Shown piece after piece: positions 37,455 to 52,000 of a DNA stretch of 64,000 nucleotides (position 1 is its first letter; every line of letters starts with the position of its first letter). This stretch comes from Yuukianura sp. NJ FZ-2021 (taxonomy: Eukaryota), in the NCBI GenBank assembly GCA_046563655.1, contig CM102289.1:3720001-3784000 (forward strand), in the 5' to 3' direction. The position numbers and the translations under genes were made by a program. Under the pieces are notes generated by a model that worked only from the letters and a program-made list of their open reading frames with translations, did no database searches and was not told where the DNA came from.

Positions 37455-38337
37455 TCAGATGACAAGTTGGGACGCAATAATCGGCTCCTTGTCATGAATT
37501 CCATCCTTATCCACTAACTTGACAGCGAATGTCGGTAGATTGATGGCGAGACGCTTCGAAATCTCTGCAACGCATCGCTTCATCAGTTCGTATCCATTTT
37601 CAACGGTCATATCTGTGATTGAAAGACATTGGTTATCCAATTGACAGTAACATCGAGCAGCTGATCGAAAGATTTTTAGTGTGAGACGAAGTTACCTGGC
37701 TTATAGTAAGCATCCATACAACCAAGAGTGAAATGGGCGGCATATCCATGAGCGCAGTAAGGTAGTTCCTGCATAGCGGCTAAGTAATCCATGTAGTAGA
37801 GCTCCGCTTTCTTCTCAACAGGATCGTATCCCGCCATTAGAAGATTTACGGTATATCGCTCCTACAACAAAAAACATTTGTGGAAAACTTCATCTATTAA
37901 CATGTGTTAACGTAAGTATGGTTAAAGTACCCTTGAACGAAGAGACTCTGCGAGAATTCGCCGAGTGAAATGTGCAGTTGCTTTCGGAGACAACTCGTAA
38001 TCATTTTTCATCTTGTAAAGATGAACGTTCTTGGCAATATACTCCGAAAACTGAGTTGTATCACCCGATTCTCCACAAACTGCCATCAGTAGGTTTTGAG
38101 ACAAAGGATAAAACTTGTTTTCATCTGAAAGTGAATGAAAATACCAATAATGTGATAATCGTTTACGTTTAGCCCCACATTTCTTTCTCTGAAACAATAG
38201 CCTCCATAACCCAACCCATGCCATAGCATCGACAATCTTTGCTTACCGTGTTTCATTACTACAATTGACCGAGCATCAATTGTATCCGTAGCAAGTAGAA
38301 CGAAATCCTTAAATCGAATCCCCAATAAGCATTCCAT
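37455..38337 (-). CDS. PSMB2: Proteasome subunit beta type-2 (beta4)
   Basis: Exons 38337-38247, 38124-37931, 37861-37696, 37612-37455. [45 protein letters not shown]. Confidence 0.95.
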
Positions 38338-39206
38338 TTTGATGAAGTGAAGTAAGCCTCCTAAGTCCTAAATTGTAAAAACCGTCGATTAATGGAAATT
38401 GCCAATGCGAGGCGACGAGGCGAGTAGTAATACAGTATTCCCTAATCCCTTGTGCCTGTGCAATCTTCACTTACCAACGATCAAATCAGGAATCTGGAAA
38501 CTATTTCGTTAATCTTTGTTAGTGATACTGAGTAACAAACAAATGAACTGAATTTACCGATTGAATGAAAAGAAAACAATTATTTGACTTTCCCCACTTA
38601 CTTCATATTCGGTCTGAAATTTTAGCAACTCATCCTCCTGCCGCGTTTGTATGGAATTTGCGTTTTGAGTTTGATTTTTCTGAAAAGCTAGTAGCGCGAA
38701 AATGAATTTAAATATGGTTATGTGAAAAAGCCTATGTTCAACAAAAACTCAATCTAAACGTAGTGCAATCACCAGAAGCTTCAGATGTGGTCATAGGTTG
38801 AGTGCACAGTATTAATTAATAAGATGTAAAAGTAACCATATTAAAATAATTAGTAGGAACTAGTTCATAATTGTATGAATTAAAATGAATCCTCGTCGGT
38901 AAATTAAGTCTAGGCAAACTACTGCCCTCCGAGCTTAGGTAAATTAAGTATTTGTTCCTATTCATTTATTTTGTAACGGTAATGCATTTAATGTTGTCGA
39001 GTTGTTGAGTGGAGGTTGCGTTATCCTAGTTGTAACCCTTCAGCAAACCAGAAAAGATAAAGATTTACAGCTGATTTTTTATTTTCATATGTCATAAATT
39101 AAATTAAATTAAACTTAATTTACAAACCTGATAATCAGAGCAGAGTAATAGTTTGATTCAATAAAATTTAAGTGACGGTGTTTCTACAGCTGGTTTCTGC
39201 TGAATT

Positions 39207-40037
39207 ATGCGGATTAAGAGATACAAAAAGATCCAGAGAGCTATCGGATTTTATGAAAAGAATTTCGGATTTCGGAAACCTTATCAGATTGTTGTGGATG
39301 GTACATTTGCTCAAGCTGCGTTACAGGTATGTACTTCTACTATTTTTATTACATTAGGTGGCATAACATTTGTTTAGTAACTTCCACATTGTTTTGACTT
39401 TCAGACCAAGGTGAATATTCGTGAGCAGTTACCAAAGTATTTGGATGGTGAAGTTAAACTTCTCACCACATCGTGTACCGTCATCGAAATTGAGAAAATT
39501 GGCCAGGAAGTCTACGGAGCTCTACAGATTCTCAAGTACTACCCGATTCAAAAATGCGGCCATGAGGAACCACACAGAGCGTCATCTTGTATTGCATCCC
39601 TTGTCAAGCCAAATAACCAAAACCATCTTGTAATTGCAACACAAGATGTATCACTGCGTGAACGATTACGGAAAGTCCCTGGAGTGGCGCTGCTATATTT
39701 GCATGGTAATGCACCAACACTTGAGAAGCCATCGGAAAGGTCCATCAAATTTGCGGAAGATAAAAACCTTGAGAAATTGAAAGTACTGGAATACCAGAAG
39801 GAAATTCTAGGCCATCTGAAGAAAGATGCGTTTGGTGAGTCTTCAGAACCTGTATTTCGAAAAAAGAAGCGGAAACGTACTAGTGGTCCAAATCCGCTTT
39901 CATGCAAGAAGGCCAAGAAAAAGAATACCAATATCCTGAGCGGACCGAATCACGCGACTGGTCACTTGCAGAAGTCGAAGAGAAAGCGAATCAAACTGAG
40001 AGTGCCGAAACATGTGAAAGTAGAAGCGGCCCGTTAA
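39207..40037 (+). CDS. UTP23: rRNA-processing protein UTP23 (PIN-like)
   Basis: Exons 39207-39326 and 39405-40037. FGFRKPYQIVVDGTF, TTSCTVIE, CGH, ATQD, GPNPLSCKKAKKK. Confidence 0.95.
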
Positions 40038-41370
40038 GTTACACCCACATTGACCATATTGGGAATTTTTGAAGAAGTGGACCAACTTTGTGATCGGGAT
40101 CTCTGGATAATTAACACGAACGAAGTCTTCATTTTTCGTTAACATTTTTGACACTCCCGCCTCCAGTTCGGAATATTTCGGTAGAGCCAATCCAAGTATT
40201 TCGCAATAAACATCTATTTAAAAAGCAAGAACGATTTTAGCAAGTGTGTATACCAAAAGCATAGGATTGGTCGTCGGCCCTCTTTGATGAAAACGTCTTT
40301 CGTGCATGCATCCATTTTGCCGAAATGTCACTCGTGAGGCATTTCCCTAGCAACAAGGAGGTTCCGAGACAAAAAAAAAAATGATTATTTTCATCCAACA
40401 ATTTTTTATTAGTAGGTGTAGTAATGGAGTTTGAATTCCGACCGTTCCACAAATCGCTGCTGCTGCATGCTGTCCTGTTGCTCCATGCTCAGCGTTTTTC
40501 AACGTTTGGCTTGAGACACTTCGACACTGCGAGATTTCTTGAACATTTGAAACGCAGACAACATAAGTTAGGCATGGAGTTAAAGGAAGCATTGATTGCA
40601 GTTTACTTTACCGTTACACTACTGTGGATCGGAGTTTTTGGAGCGAAGGTTACGGAATTTTCCTTCTGCTTCGAAACGGATCCTGGTAAGTTCATGACTA
40701 CTTTCTAACAACTACATTTAAAAATCCAACTCATACGTTAATTATTATACTAAAAACTGTGTTACTTTTTTAATTAGATCCTTGCAAGAACTCTAAAACT
40801 CGGTTAGTTTGTAATGAAAATGGCAAGTGCGTCTGTCCGCCAGATTATACTTTTGACAAGGCCGGTGGCTCTGGATTGGCAAGATGCAGAAACGCAACAG
40901 AACCGTTCCAGTCCAGCGCACAACTCATCTCTGTGTCGCCATGGATCTTCCTGCCTATCCTGTTGTACTGAACTACATTGACTAACTAATTGCGACATTT
41001 CCTGTGCCTGTCATAGGATCACAGTACAGAAATATGTTTAAATACAAAATGTAACCAGTCCTGCCTCGTGTCAATTCACTGTTCTTCGGAGCACACCAGC
41101 GGATGGCGTCTTGAGAGATAAAAGTAGTTTATAGTTAAATTAGTAACTTTATTCCACCATTCTTAGCGTTAAATGATGACTATAGAACTTCAAAATTAAA
41201 TATTGTTTCTGTTCATAAATATTTTGGAACAAAGCGGCGGGATCAAAACACTGTGGGTTGTTTTCCTTTGTGCCTTTGGGATTCCTCTGTTTGCATATAT
41301 TGTGCTGTTCATCGTCACTTTCACGGCGTTCTCAAATGGAAACTGAGAAAGTGTGGTGAAAGTGGATCTG

Positions 41371-44300
41371 CTACCTCCACAAGCCTATGGGAAAAAACAG
41401 TTCAACGCTGCTCCATAGGAACATCACCAGCGCCTTCATACTCAGGTCTGATGCGGAAGATGATACGGTAATGCCTTTACCGTGATGCATTGCAGCAGGG
41501 TTCTCGCCTAAGAAACAGTCATGTCAAAGGTCAATTTCTTTCATATGCAAAATATATTTGTCCTGATCCTATATTACTTACCATTGAGAACATGAAGAGT
41601 GACTGTGGCCGAACCAATTGACGGTAATGAGCAGGTATAATTTCCAGCGTCAGCTTTCTCAACTGCGCCGAGACTTATAATTTCAATAATCGACGAATCT
41701 TCCACCTTGCTCTGAAATTTCAAACAATTTCAAATCACGATTTACAAACTTGCATTTGAATATTTTGGAAATTGTGTTTTAGAATGTTAGGCTAACCTGG
41801 AAGGCAACGCCCCGAGCATTACTCGTATCTGATTTATCAATTTGGTCACCATTTTTGTACCAAACAACTTTCCCCAAGTTGTCCATGACTGTGTTCTGGA
41901 GAATGCAGCGAAGCTGAACTTGGCTCCCTTCCCATACAAACATGTTCTCCTCTTTGCTAGCCATTCTAAAAACAGGAAATGCATAACTTATCAATTTCAA
42001 AAGTTTTCAAAAAACACTGAACATTTTCAACTTCGAGGTACATTTTTTTTCTTTTGTGATTTTGATAATTTACTTACCGGATACTAGGAATCATCACACG
42101 TAACTCAACTCGAAAGGCCAGTTTTGGTTCAGTACTAATTTGGCACTCGTACACTCCTGAAAACACAAACAAATTGGGTTGTTCAGTCCAAAAAAAAATT
42201 CCGGCCGCACTTTCTTCATTTTTTCTCGTACTTTTATTATAAGACAAAACATTTTTGTCCTTTACGCATGTGCTGTTTTAAAGTTTTTTACCTAAAATCT
42301 TTGTGTAGTCCAGTCAAAAAACTTTTTGTAATTGTTTAAGACTTAATTTTGGAAGTAAAATTATAATTTATATTATTCTTTTATTATAATTTAAGTTAAC
42401 CTGCGTCTCTCGGCTGGACATATTTGATTTGTAGTGTCCAGGATTCCCCGAGGGGGAGGACTTGGAACCTTTCGTCTGCAATGAATGTAAATCTGTCCAC
42501 GGTGAGAATATGGGCATCGGATTTTCGGATCCAGGACACCTACAAAGAAAGCCAAAAGAATTCCATGAGTCACATGTTCGTAAAAAGTAGGTGAGAGGCT
42601 GTCACTATACTGGCTAGTACTGGCAGGAAGGCAGTGAAAGCAATAAGTACCCCATTCCCAATCCTCGGATTTGAGCAGGACAGGATTTATCCATCACATA
42701 AAACGTCCTAAACCACCCATTCAAGTCCTTGGAACCGAAGAAGCTACCAACCGAATGACGCTATAATTCAAATCATCGCCGCCCTTTCCAAAAAAAAAAA
42801 ACCGAGACAGGAATCATGAAATTAGTTTTATGCCCTCAAAACGTCCAAGTTCACTTCAAAGAGACCCGCCAAACTTCCTGATCACCGCTCATTTCCCGCC
42901 ACTTAACAACTTAAAATCTCATCATCTCTCGTTGCGCAGTCAATTTCAAAGAAAGTTAAAAGCTTTATCTGAAATAGTTAATCAATAGTTGCAAACGTGT
43001 GAATAAAACGAATTGAGTACCAATCAGCTTTGTATTTGAGGTTTTATGAGGCGCCAAAATTTACTTCAATTCTATTCAACTCTGATTGTTAGCAATTGGA
43101 AACAATTGTTTTTCAAACGACTTTTCAACCAAAAGCGTGTAAAACTCCCATTTTTGGCAATACAACTTTTTTTATTGATGTTATATTTCTTTGAATCTCA
43201 AGTCGTTCGTGTATGCAGAAGGAATTGAGGAAAATAAAGTCCAAACTTGAATCGTATCTTCCCGCTCTCCGTGTGCTCCATTTTGAATGTTCTACAAGAA
43301 TGTTCTCTGATAAATAAACCTGTTTGTTCTTTATCGAAACATTGCACGCAATGACGCTGCCGGTGGTCTAAACAAAAAGACTTCAAATTCAAAAACAAAA
43401 ACAGAAATTCTACCTGAATCCTCGCCTATACTGTACACTCGCGTTTACCGCGCATGAAATTCATAAACTCCTGACCTAATAACTTAACCTTTTGTCCTTC
43501 ACCATGGATTTCGTAGATGAACATTTCCACATCCAACAGCAACACCAAAACATTAGATAGTGCACACGCTATGTGCGAGGAATTAGGGTAGTAAAGAAAT
43601 GGAACTTTTTGCTTTTTGAACGTAAACAGAAACATGTTCCAAAATATTCTAAATTAATCCGTTGGTAGTTACATTAATCCGTTGGTAGTTAACTTTCGCA
43701 ATAATCACGAAAAATTGGAGCCATACACGTTATAAAAATTTTTTCCCGTTTTCCGACAGAGTGTGAAAGTTAACAATCGATAAGTGGGGCGCCAAATTCT
43801 TGCCAATTTTTATTGATTTCTGGAATCTGGACCAAACACTAAGCTTTTAAATTTTCACTTTTGATTCATAAGGCTTATTCTCCAATGTGGAAATTATTCC
43901 ATTTCTTGTGGTTCTCATGATAAACGCATTTGGCGGGGAAAGCAGGGAAAGGATTGATCTCTTTAGGAATTCAGGACTCGTGTTCCGTTTCTCCTTTGCT
44001 GTAAAGGAGTGAATGAAATCAGAATAAGAAAGCCACAAATCAGGAAGATTTAGGGAGAATGAGGTCACGCAAAGCAGGCCACCAACCCGTGCCATGTGAA
44101 TATGAGAAGCCATCGCAGCATATACGACCAGCAGCAGCAGACAGCATCCCAGTCGCCGTGACAGTCGTAAGTGCCCTGCTGCTCTACTCAAGTCAGATGA
44201 AGATTCACAGCTTGCAATTTGAATGGACGTGTCCATGGTGTATGACCCTTCCCGTAAGTAAAGCCTTATTCGTTCCGAAATTGCGCTAAGATTGTGCTGG

Positions 44301-47300
44301 AGCAGAGCTAGTCAACTGCCACCGGAAGAAAGTCTGAGCTTTCACTTGCTTTCTCTTTTATGCGAGTTCCCATCTAAGCCTACTCTCTTTTTCGTATCTT
44401 CCAGCCTAATGCTTTGCTATTTTTTCTGCAAAGTCAGTCAAATCCGTGCGGTGAATCCCTGTGGATGGTTACGACCATTTCAAATAAAAAAAATCACAAA
44501 AATGTTTAGAATGTTTTGCAACATCAATCTACATAACTTTATTCTGCTTTTCCGTAGTCCATTTAAATTTAAATTTTGAGTTAAAATTGAAATTTTTGAA
44601 CTTAAAAAAATTGTAGTTGCACCGTAATTTGACGTTCTTTTTACCAAATTCCCAAAATTCTAAGCAAATCTTTCAAGCCAATTGGCTTTACACAATTTTT
44701 TTGGAGAATGAGTGATTAGCTTGCGCTAAATCTGCGCGCCAATTTTCTTTGTGACTGATTCGAACCTGGAGGGATTTTGAAAACTAATAAATTACAAAGC
44801 GCCGCTGTCATAACTAATGTGCTGGGCGCAGAAATGTTAATTAGCAAAGCTTCAATCATTCAAGTCGTTAGCAAACTTCGCACATCATTGTAAAAACTGC
44901 ACCACGCCCTTAAGTCTCTTTACTGTACTGCAATCTGGAAGACAACTTTTTTGAAAAAATCTGTTTTGCTTTCTTAGCATGCACCAAGCATGGTTTTGTT
45001 CTGGGTCCTTTGTGTTATTTCCTCTATTGTCTTTGTTCAAAAATTCTCAGAAAAGTTGTTCAAAAGCGTACTGTTGTTAGAACCCGAGGGAAAGGAAAGC
45101 CAGCAAGTGTCGACTTCTCCACAAACGTAAGTAGCAAAAGCGATGGTGTTGAGAGCTCCATGTGCTAGCTACTGTGTTTTAAGCATTGTTCTGCTGGGAC
45201 ACAGCAGAAGCCTTGGCGGTAATTTACGACCTGTAGTTTATAATTCTATCACATTCCGCGCCGAGGAAGGAAATGGCAGAAGGTTTCGAAAACTACAAAA
45301 GAATAGACTTTCTCCATAATCAGTTATGGGAGTTAATTTAGCCCATAAAAGAACAATGGCTTTGGATCATCTGGAATCAGCCAAATGGGACAAATTGAAA
45401 CTTCTGAGCTCCAGAAATGACCTAACGAAGTGAAAAGAAATCTAGCTAAAAGGAATTCCTAGTAACATCAAATGGCCCGGCACCAAAGGGACCTTAAGGG
45501 TGCGTCCCTCATAAACCCAAAGACATTTTGAAACTTACCGGAGAAAGGTAACGTCCCACTTCTTTAGTTTTTTTTCTTAAAAGTCAGCTTATTAATAACT
45601 TTTCACTCCAATTACAGCTCTCAAAGACATTAAAAAGCAACAACTTAAGTTACTCACTGCGCAGATTTTCCTTTGAACCCATTTTAGCTTTACAGCGAAT
45701 TTACTCAACTTTATTCTTATTTTCTAAAAATTCGTTCTAGTTTATCAAATTCTGCCTGCATCTCCAGTCCCAAGCTTGACAAAGCACGGAGACGACCTGG
45801 GATGACCATAATAATGCCAAATCTGACTATGTTGCCCCAAGGATAAATTTTTACGACGGCATGACAAATGCTATCTGTTCCAGTTGGTTGGCTTTCTTTG
45901 GTCTTGTCGTGGTCATCTTTTCGGTTTATCTAAACCTCGTGATGAGAACCATCATGCAGTTATACCATATGAAACGACCCATTTTTTGCAATTCAGAACA
46001 TCAAATAGCACAAGTCACTATGCCGTCTCATGGTAAACTTTATCTGGAAGGATTAGGAATTTTTAAGCTGTAGAAGCTCTGTCTGGACACATTCAAAAAA
46101 TCACATCCACATGATATTTTAGCATCTCTGTTTCCAGATTCCATTCCGAGAAAGACGCAGTTACTTGCAAATCGCACGTAGTCTAATGCCGAATGGCATA
46201 CAAGAATAGAGAATTTAGAGAATGAATTTTCACTTCCCCGAGAGCCAGAAGGAACATTCAGGATTCAGGAATAAGGAAAATCCTGCTTCCTTTCTCTCCG
46301 AACTTTCACTCCAAAACCTAATGGCCTGCTGAATTTCCCTTAACGGAGACTTAAGGCTTACTGACTCTTTAAATGTAAGATTTACACAAGAATAGGAGTT
46401 GAGACTTTCACTTCCCAATTTCAATAGAAGGGGGAAAGCAGTGTGCGATAAACTTTGGAAAACGTTGGAAACTTTACATTCAGAACACATAGGGTCCAGC
46501 TTTGAATTTGAAACGGTTGAATAGACCACACAGGAGCCTTTTGGGAAAGAATCAAGTGGAACCGCCAAGAATCAACTGAGCCATGGGAACTAAAATGAGA
46601 GGGAGGGAATGTTTGAAGGAGAAAGGAAAATAAGAGAAGATGGACTTGTGGAGTGTACTTTTGGTTTTCAAAACTTCAAAATTGCGACCAAAGTAAAATA
46701 CTATGGGGACTAATTTCCTTGCGTCTTATTCAACTTTTTCAGGTCTTTGGCCAGGGGCTTTTCGGCCTTGTCATTTGGAGTTTTGAGAAACCGAGGTCCA
46801 TAATGACAATAAATAAGGCCCTCAGGGACGTCCTACTTTCCGTTGTTCCTGTTTTATATCTCACAACAATAATTTTAGTACATGTCGTTCGTTAACTATC
46901 AAACTTCAAGATTTTACCCAAAGTTTGCTTTTTTTGTAAAAAGAAGTCCAGGAACCGCCAAAATTAATTGAATTTTCCGAAATCTTAGAATTCGGACGCG
47001 TTTCGGGAAATTCCCAATTTAGGACAAGAGCTTTTGTATTTTCTCAAGTCATTGAAATAAAGTTGATTTTCATTTCGTAGATAATAGGTCAAAGCCACCA
47101 AAGTGCTTTGTATGAGAAGCCAGAACGTAATTCTACCAAGAGGACCGACTTAATCTGCTTGAATCCCCGCTAATGACATCTACCCGCCTGGCACGTCTGC
47201 CTCATCAAGTACGTTGTTACTACCCGGGTCACGTACTGCGTTCACCATCCTTCGGATTCTGCAGAAAAAAAAAAGTTGTTCCAGAATTTTGTACATTAGG

Positions 47301-49082
47301 TACAGAAAAGCTAGTTCCGCTTTCAAATCCACCCGCCGTGTGTCCAGAACCATCAAATCAAAGATAACAAAAGAAGGTCATAACACACGTCTTCAGGAAG
47401 TGAGGCCTGGAACTGACTAGAAATCGCTTCTGGCTTAGCCTTATTATGAATTGGAGCGCCTGCTTATGAAAAAGATCAAAAGGCCAAGGAGTACCTAGTC
47501 TATCAAGGTTCCGAAAAGTTAATTTTCTTTAACAGGTTGGGTGCTACCACGATTATTGACGAAGAAAAAAAAACAAAAAATTAGTACCAATTTAGTACCA
47601 ACCCAAAAAATTGGTGCCAAATCGTATGCAAAATTTAAAAAATTCGCTTGTAAATTTATGACTACGATGCCTTATTAAATGAAAAACACTTCTTTTTTTT
47701 TTGCAAAAATCGAAAAAACCTGGGGTATTACCCAACCTGTTAAAGAAAATTAAAGTGAACAAACCTTGTAGTCTATCGACTTTGTCTATTATTTTTTGGC
47801 GGTAAATTTGGCCCCATTAGGAACATGAACCCATTTCATCTTCCTTTATCCTAACATGACAACTTAGCCAAAGACATGCTTTCATTTTTCCTTAGGATTT
47901 TCTTCAAGACTTTCCTCCAGGTCAAAGTCATAAATTGAATTTGAGAGGCGAGAGGTGAGTGTAGAAAGGCAAAAAGACAGAGTGAAAGGTGCTAAGTCAT
48001 AAAAAAGCGAGAGTCCCGTTCCAAAAATCCACATTTTCCTTGACTCAGCTTGTCATCATCCCAAATCTCTATTCATCTTAGGCGGACGACAAGGAATGCG
48101 CAAAACCTCATTCAATGTCACCACGAACTATTGTCAAAAGCATGTTAGATCATTTGACATGCCTTTGCAACGTCGCTGTTCGTCTCCGACGTTGTCGCCA
48201 ACACCGGAGACGCAGAATTTTCTTGTTCCTTCCTCCCATAAACTTTATCTTCACAATTTCTGAATTGTGACATGACTTGGAAAGAGCAAGGCGCTCAAAC
48301 TCAACTTACAAATTGTCACAAAATGAATTGCATTCGATATTGATTTCGACACAAAGTCTCGTGCTATCTGTGATTTCAGCTTCAGAAACGCTAGCGACTA
48401 AGGACCGAATACTTGCAAAATGTTTTTCAGCACCATACGGGGTCTTTCTTTTTTTTTTCTTTTTTCTTTTTTTTTTTTTTTTTGAAAAATTGGTTTCGTC
48501 AGAAACGGAGCAATTTAACTCGTTTCCAGCCAGTCGTAATGTCCCTAAGACTTTTGGTGCACAAGAAGAACAAGGGAAAAGTGAAAGTGAAGCGGAATGG
48601 AATCAGATCGTGAGTCGAACTGTACTTCACCACTTCAAATATATCCGCCTTTGTCCTTCTTCGACAAAATGCCACTGTTCCTCTACTTAGCGTCACAATA
48701 AAGAATCTTGTCTTAGTGCTTTTTCAAAGTTCTAAAAAAGTTAAAATGAGACTTTTTGAAGTTTTGGAGTGGAGGGAGGCGTAAGAATGAGGTCGGCCAC
48801 TTTGTCCAAAACCGCCGGAACAGCTTTGTCGTAAATAAAACTCGCCCTGACTTTCTCTCTTCCAAAATCCAAACAGTTAAAGGAGACTCTCAAAATCTAT
48901 AATAAGAACAACACGCAACTTGGGAGAAAACATAAAGTATCGTGTAAAAGTTCTTACGGATTTGTTGCCCAGTTGCTTAACGTAGCATGGAAGGTAGGCA
49001 TGAATTCCCACGTAGACGGATACATTTTCGTGGTTCCTTTCTACATCAAAGTACGGTCCAGGGTAAAGTCCACTCAGTCCAC
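41371..49082 (-). CDS. Dpr-family (defective proboscis extension response) two-Ig cell-surface protein, 5'-partial
   Basis: Exons 49082-48958, 42539-42401, 42156-42078, 41965-41797, 41711-41582, 41507-41371 join in frame. GPYFD...AYLPCYVKQLGNKS|VSWIRKSDAHILTVD, DAGVYECQISTEPK, DAGNYTC, GENPAAM, hydrophobic tail. The signal-peptide exon lies upstream of 49082 and was not located. Confidence 0.9.
47490..47781. mobile_element. MITE-like inverted-repeat element in the dpr intron
   Basis: Perfect 24-bp inverted repeat, 47519-47542 versus 47730-47753, with imperfect outward extension. Confidence 0.65.
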
Positions 49083-52000
49083 CTAAAATCATAAAAAATA
49101 AAAAAAATGAAGTTTTTTTTTCAAAAAATTCTTCCACTTTTCATCTTGTCCATCTTCACTTTTTCCAAAGTTTGTGCTTATTCTAAGGTTAGGTTGGTCC
49201 CAAGGTTATGAGTGCTTAGGTTTTAGAAAACTTATTTTCATCGCCTCCACTTTCACCGTGGTAGTGAAAGTCTTAATTTATGCTAAGCGCTTGTCAAAGC
49301 AATCACAGCCAACATCTCTTCTCCCTTATTTTATGGCTAAACTACAAGCAAAAGTTTTCTTTATGGTGACAATTTAGCCATTCTTTACAAAACTTTTCCT
49401 TTCTCTTGACTTTCCCGCAATGTTCAAGAAGTGGAGTCACAATGTAGTGGGTTCCCTCCACTTCCAACCTAACCATAATAATAACCTTATCGCTCGTCAT
49501 ATCTTAACGTACTTTTTGTTGTTCCTTCGAATTAAAACCAATGACTATTCTGCATTCTATCACTTTGGGGGCGTTGCAAATATAAACGTAAAAAATTTCA
49601 GGTTGCTTTAAGCCAAAAAATGGACGTTAAGTTAGGCTAGGTTAAAGAACGACGTTTAAGTCAGAACAAAATCGTTATCGATTATGTCGGTTGTGGGTTA
49701 TGGGCTATAATCACTGAAAGATTGACAATTCTTCATCAACAATTCAAAATTTCTGATTGAGTTCTGAATACGTCAGCACTTAAACAACGTTTTTCCATTT
49801 TGTTCCTTCAACATCATCATATTTGGTCATTTCGCATTTATTTGTTCAAATACAATAACCATTGATTAGGAGAACGTGCTGCTTTTTTTAAAAAGTCCAA
49901 AAAGGAAAGCACAATTTTGAAAAAAGATTGAACAAAAGCTGAAAAATTGAATACAATTTCCTTGTTCCTTGTAATAAACTTTCCAGTTCGTAAAAGAAAA
50001 ATGAAATTTGATTACTGTTCCGTGTCAGAAACTGATGAGCCTTTTAAAGTGGAGCGTTTGGAAAAAACGTTTTATTGATTTATACTAGAGTTTTTTCCTC
50101 CTTTTCCAAAAAAGTAAAAGTTGAAAAGTCAACCGCCAGCATGTCGTAAAGTAAAAGTACGGATTCATTTTGATTGAAACTTTCACTTTGGAAGGAGAGT
50201 GGAAGGCTGTTGAAGGCGAATTGAAATTAAAGTTATAGAGAACATGAAAATCCCGTTTCTGCAAATTGGTTGAAATGTAACATTTTAACACAGGAGTATA
50301 TGTGCCATCACGTAAAGAAATCATTTTCATTGGGCTACGTGCTCCTTTCCATTTCAAGAAAAACGTTTTTGCTAAATTTCTTAGAGAAAGTGGAAGAGAA
50401 ACTCTTGTTTTTTGGGCCAGACATAGCCTTCGAATACTATTTTCTAACTGAACGAAGGCACCTAGCGTATGGGCAACTGAAAGCTCCATTCCGAATTCAG
50501 CCCATATTGGCCAACACAGTGAACCAGAGTCAGGACAGACCACAGCTTGATCGTTTTCAGCTGCTGCCACACAAGACACAAGCCTTCTGGACGACGTCCA
50601 CAGCAAGCGGGAACTCTTAAATTATTATTTTGCCTAATGTTCTCCCTTAATGTGCCTATTTATTCGAGCGAAGACTCGAGAAAAGTGATACCAAGTCTCC
50701 GAACCACTGGAGCGTATCACATATTGCACTTTTAGGCTCCATTCCATAGCGTTTTCGGATGGCCCGTACGACTTTTACAAAGTTATACAAAAGACAATAG
50801 ACTTTTGGGCAGAGTGCTACTGTATGTCTTTGACTGTCTCTGGGACGGGCACCAGAAGAAAAAAACCGTGTGGCAAAAGCCTATTCTTTGATCCGATTAT
50901 CGATTTCTCGGGGGGAAAAAGATACGAAAAGGAATAAAAATAGAAAAGGAAGAAAAGAAGGTTTAAGCTAGATGGACAGCTACTCAATTCCCCTGTAAAA
51001 ATTGCACCAAATAAACATTTATTTATTCTCCTTCTCAATTCCCGGCTTTCTTTCCTTTCTTCTCTCGACTTTCTTCTTGGGGTTAGCCCAATTGATTTCC
51101 TTTTTCTTCCTCTTTTTTTTGCCTCTTCCACAAGAAAATGGTTCAAAAAACTTAAGTTTGATTTTCTCTCGACCCTATTTGTTTCCTCAAACGAAGGGAG
51201 AAAAGCAGGAGAGACTTTGAATGGAGTTGGCTTGTTCCTGAAACTTTTTTTTAACTTTTCAGAAAAAAAAAATTGGAACGCTCTAGACCGCAGTTTGTGA
51301 AAGCACTTTCACCCGGTTTTCTCCGAAACGGACTCCACCAGTACTGTCGAACAGTCTTTGCGGAGGAAGTTTATCATAAAAAAGTAGAGCATAAAGCCAG
51401 TGGATGCAACAACCATGGAATCCGGTCGTACACTACTGAAGTACTAGCAAACGAAAAGTTCGGAAGTTCTGGAAGGAGTGTACGATGGCAGTTATTTTCA
51501 AAAAAAGAATGAATGACGACATTGGACAAATGGACCCTCCATTAGTAACTACACTTCAGAAAGCTCCGATGTCGTTCCAGCCGTAGGCATAAAAGAAGGA
51601 GAACATACACTTATTTCACGGAATCTCCATTGTGTGTTTCATTTTGAGCGCGCAGGGTTACGAACTTCATTTGATTTGAATTCAAGTCCCGATTTTGACA
51701 CTCTCTTCTCTCTAGGAATCAAATTAAACTTTCCAGCGATCCCAGATATTACAAACCTCTGGAACAGAGCAGCTACTGTTACTGAAGAGCTTGTTGCTAC
51801 AGTTAGGTTTAGATTCTAGACTTTACTTATGCCGGATCCAGTTCCAAGGAGACAATGGGAAATGAATGGGACACAGTCGATCAAAGCAGTTGACGTTTAT
51901 TACCATTTAGGACGGATGTTGGTAGAAAGTGGCTCAGAACCTAATAGGATTTCTAACACACACTTCAACCTTAATGGACTTCAAGTCTGGGTAAACTGGT

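Noticed and set aside
43046..48696. Short ORFs in the dpr intron
   Set aside because: No recognisable domains or consistent exon chains.
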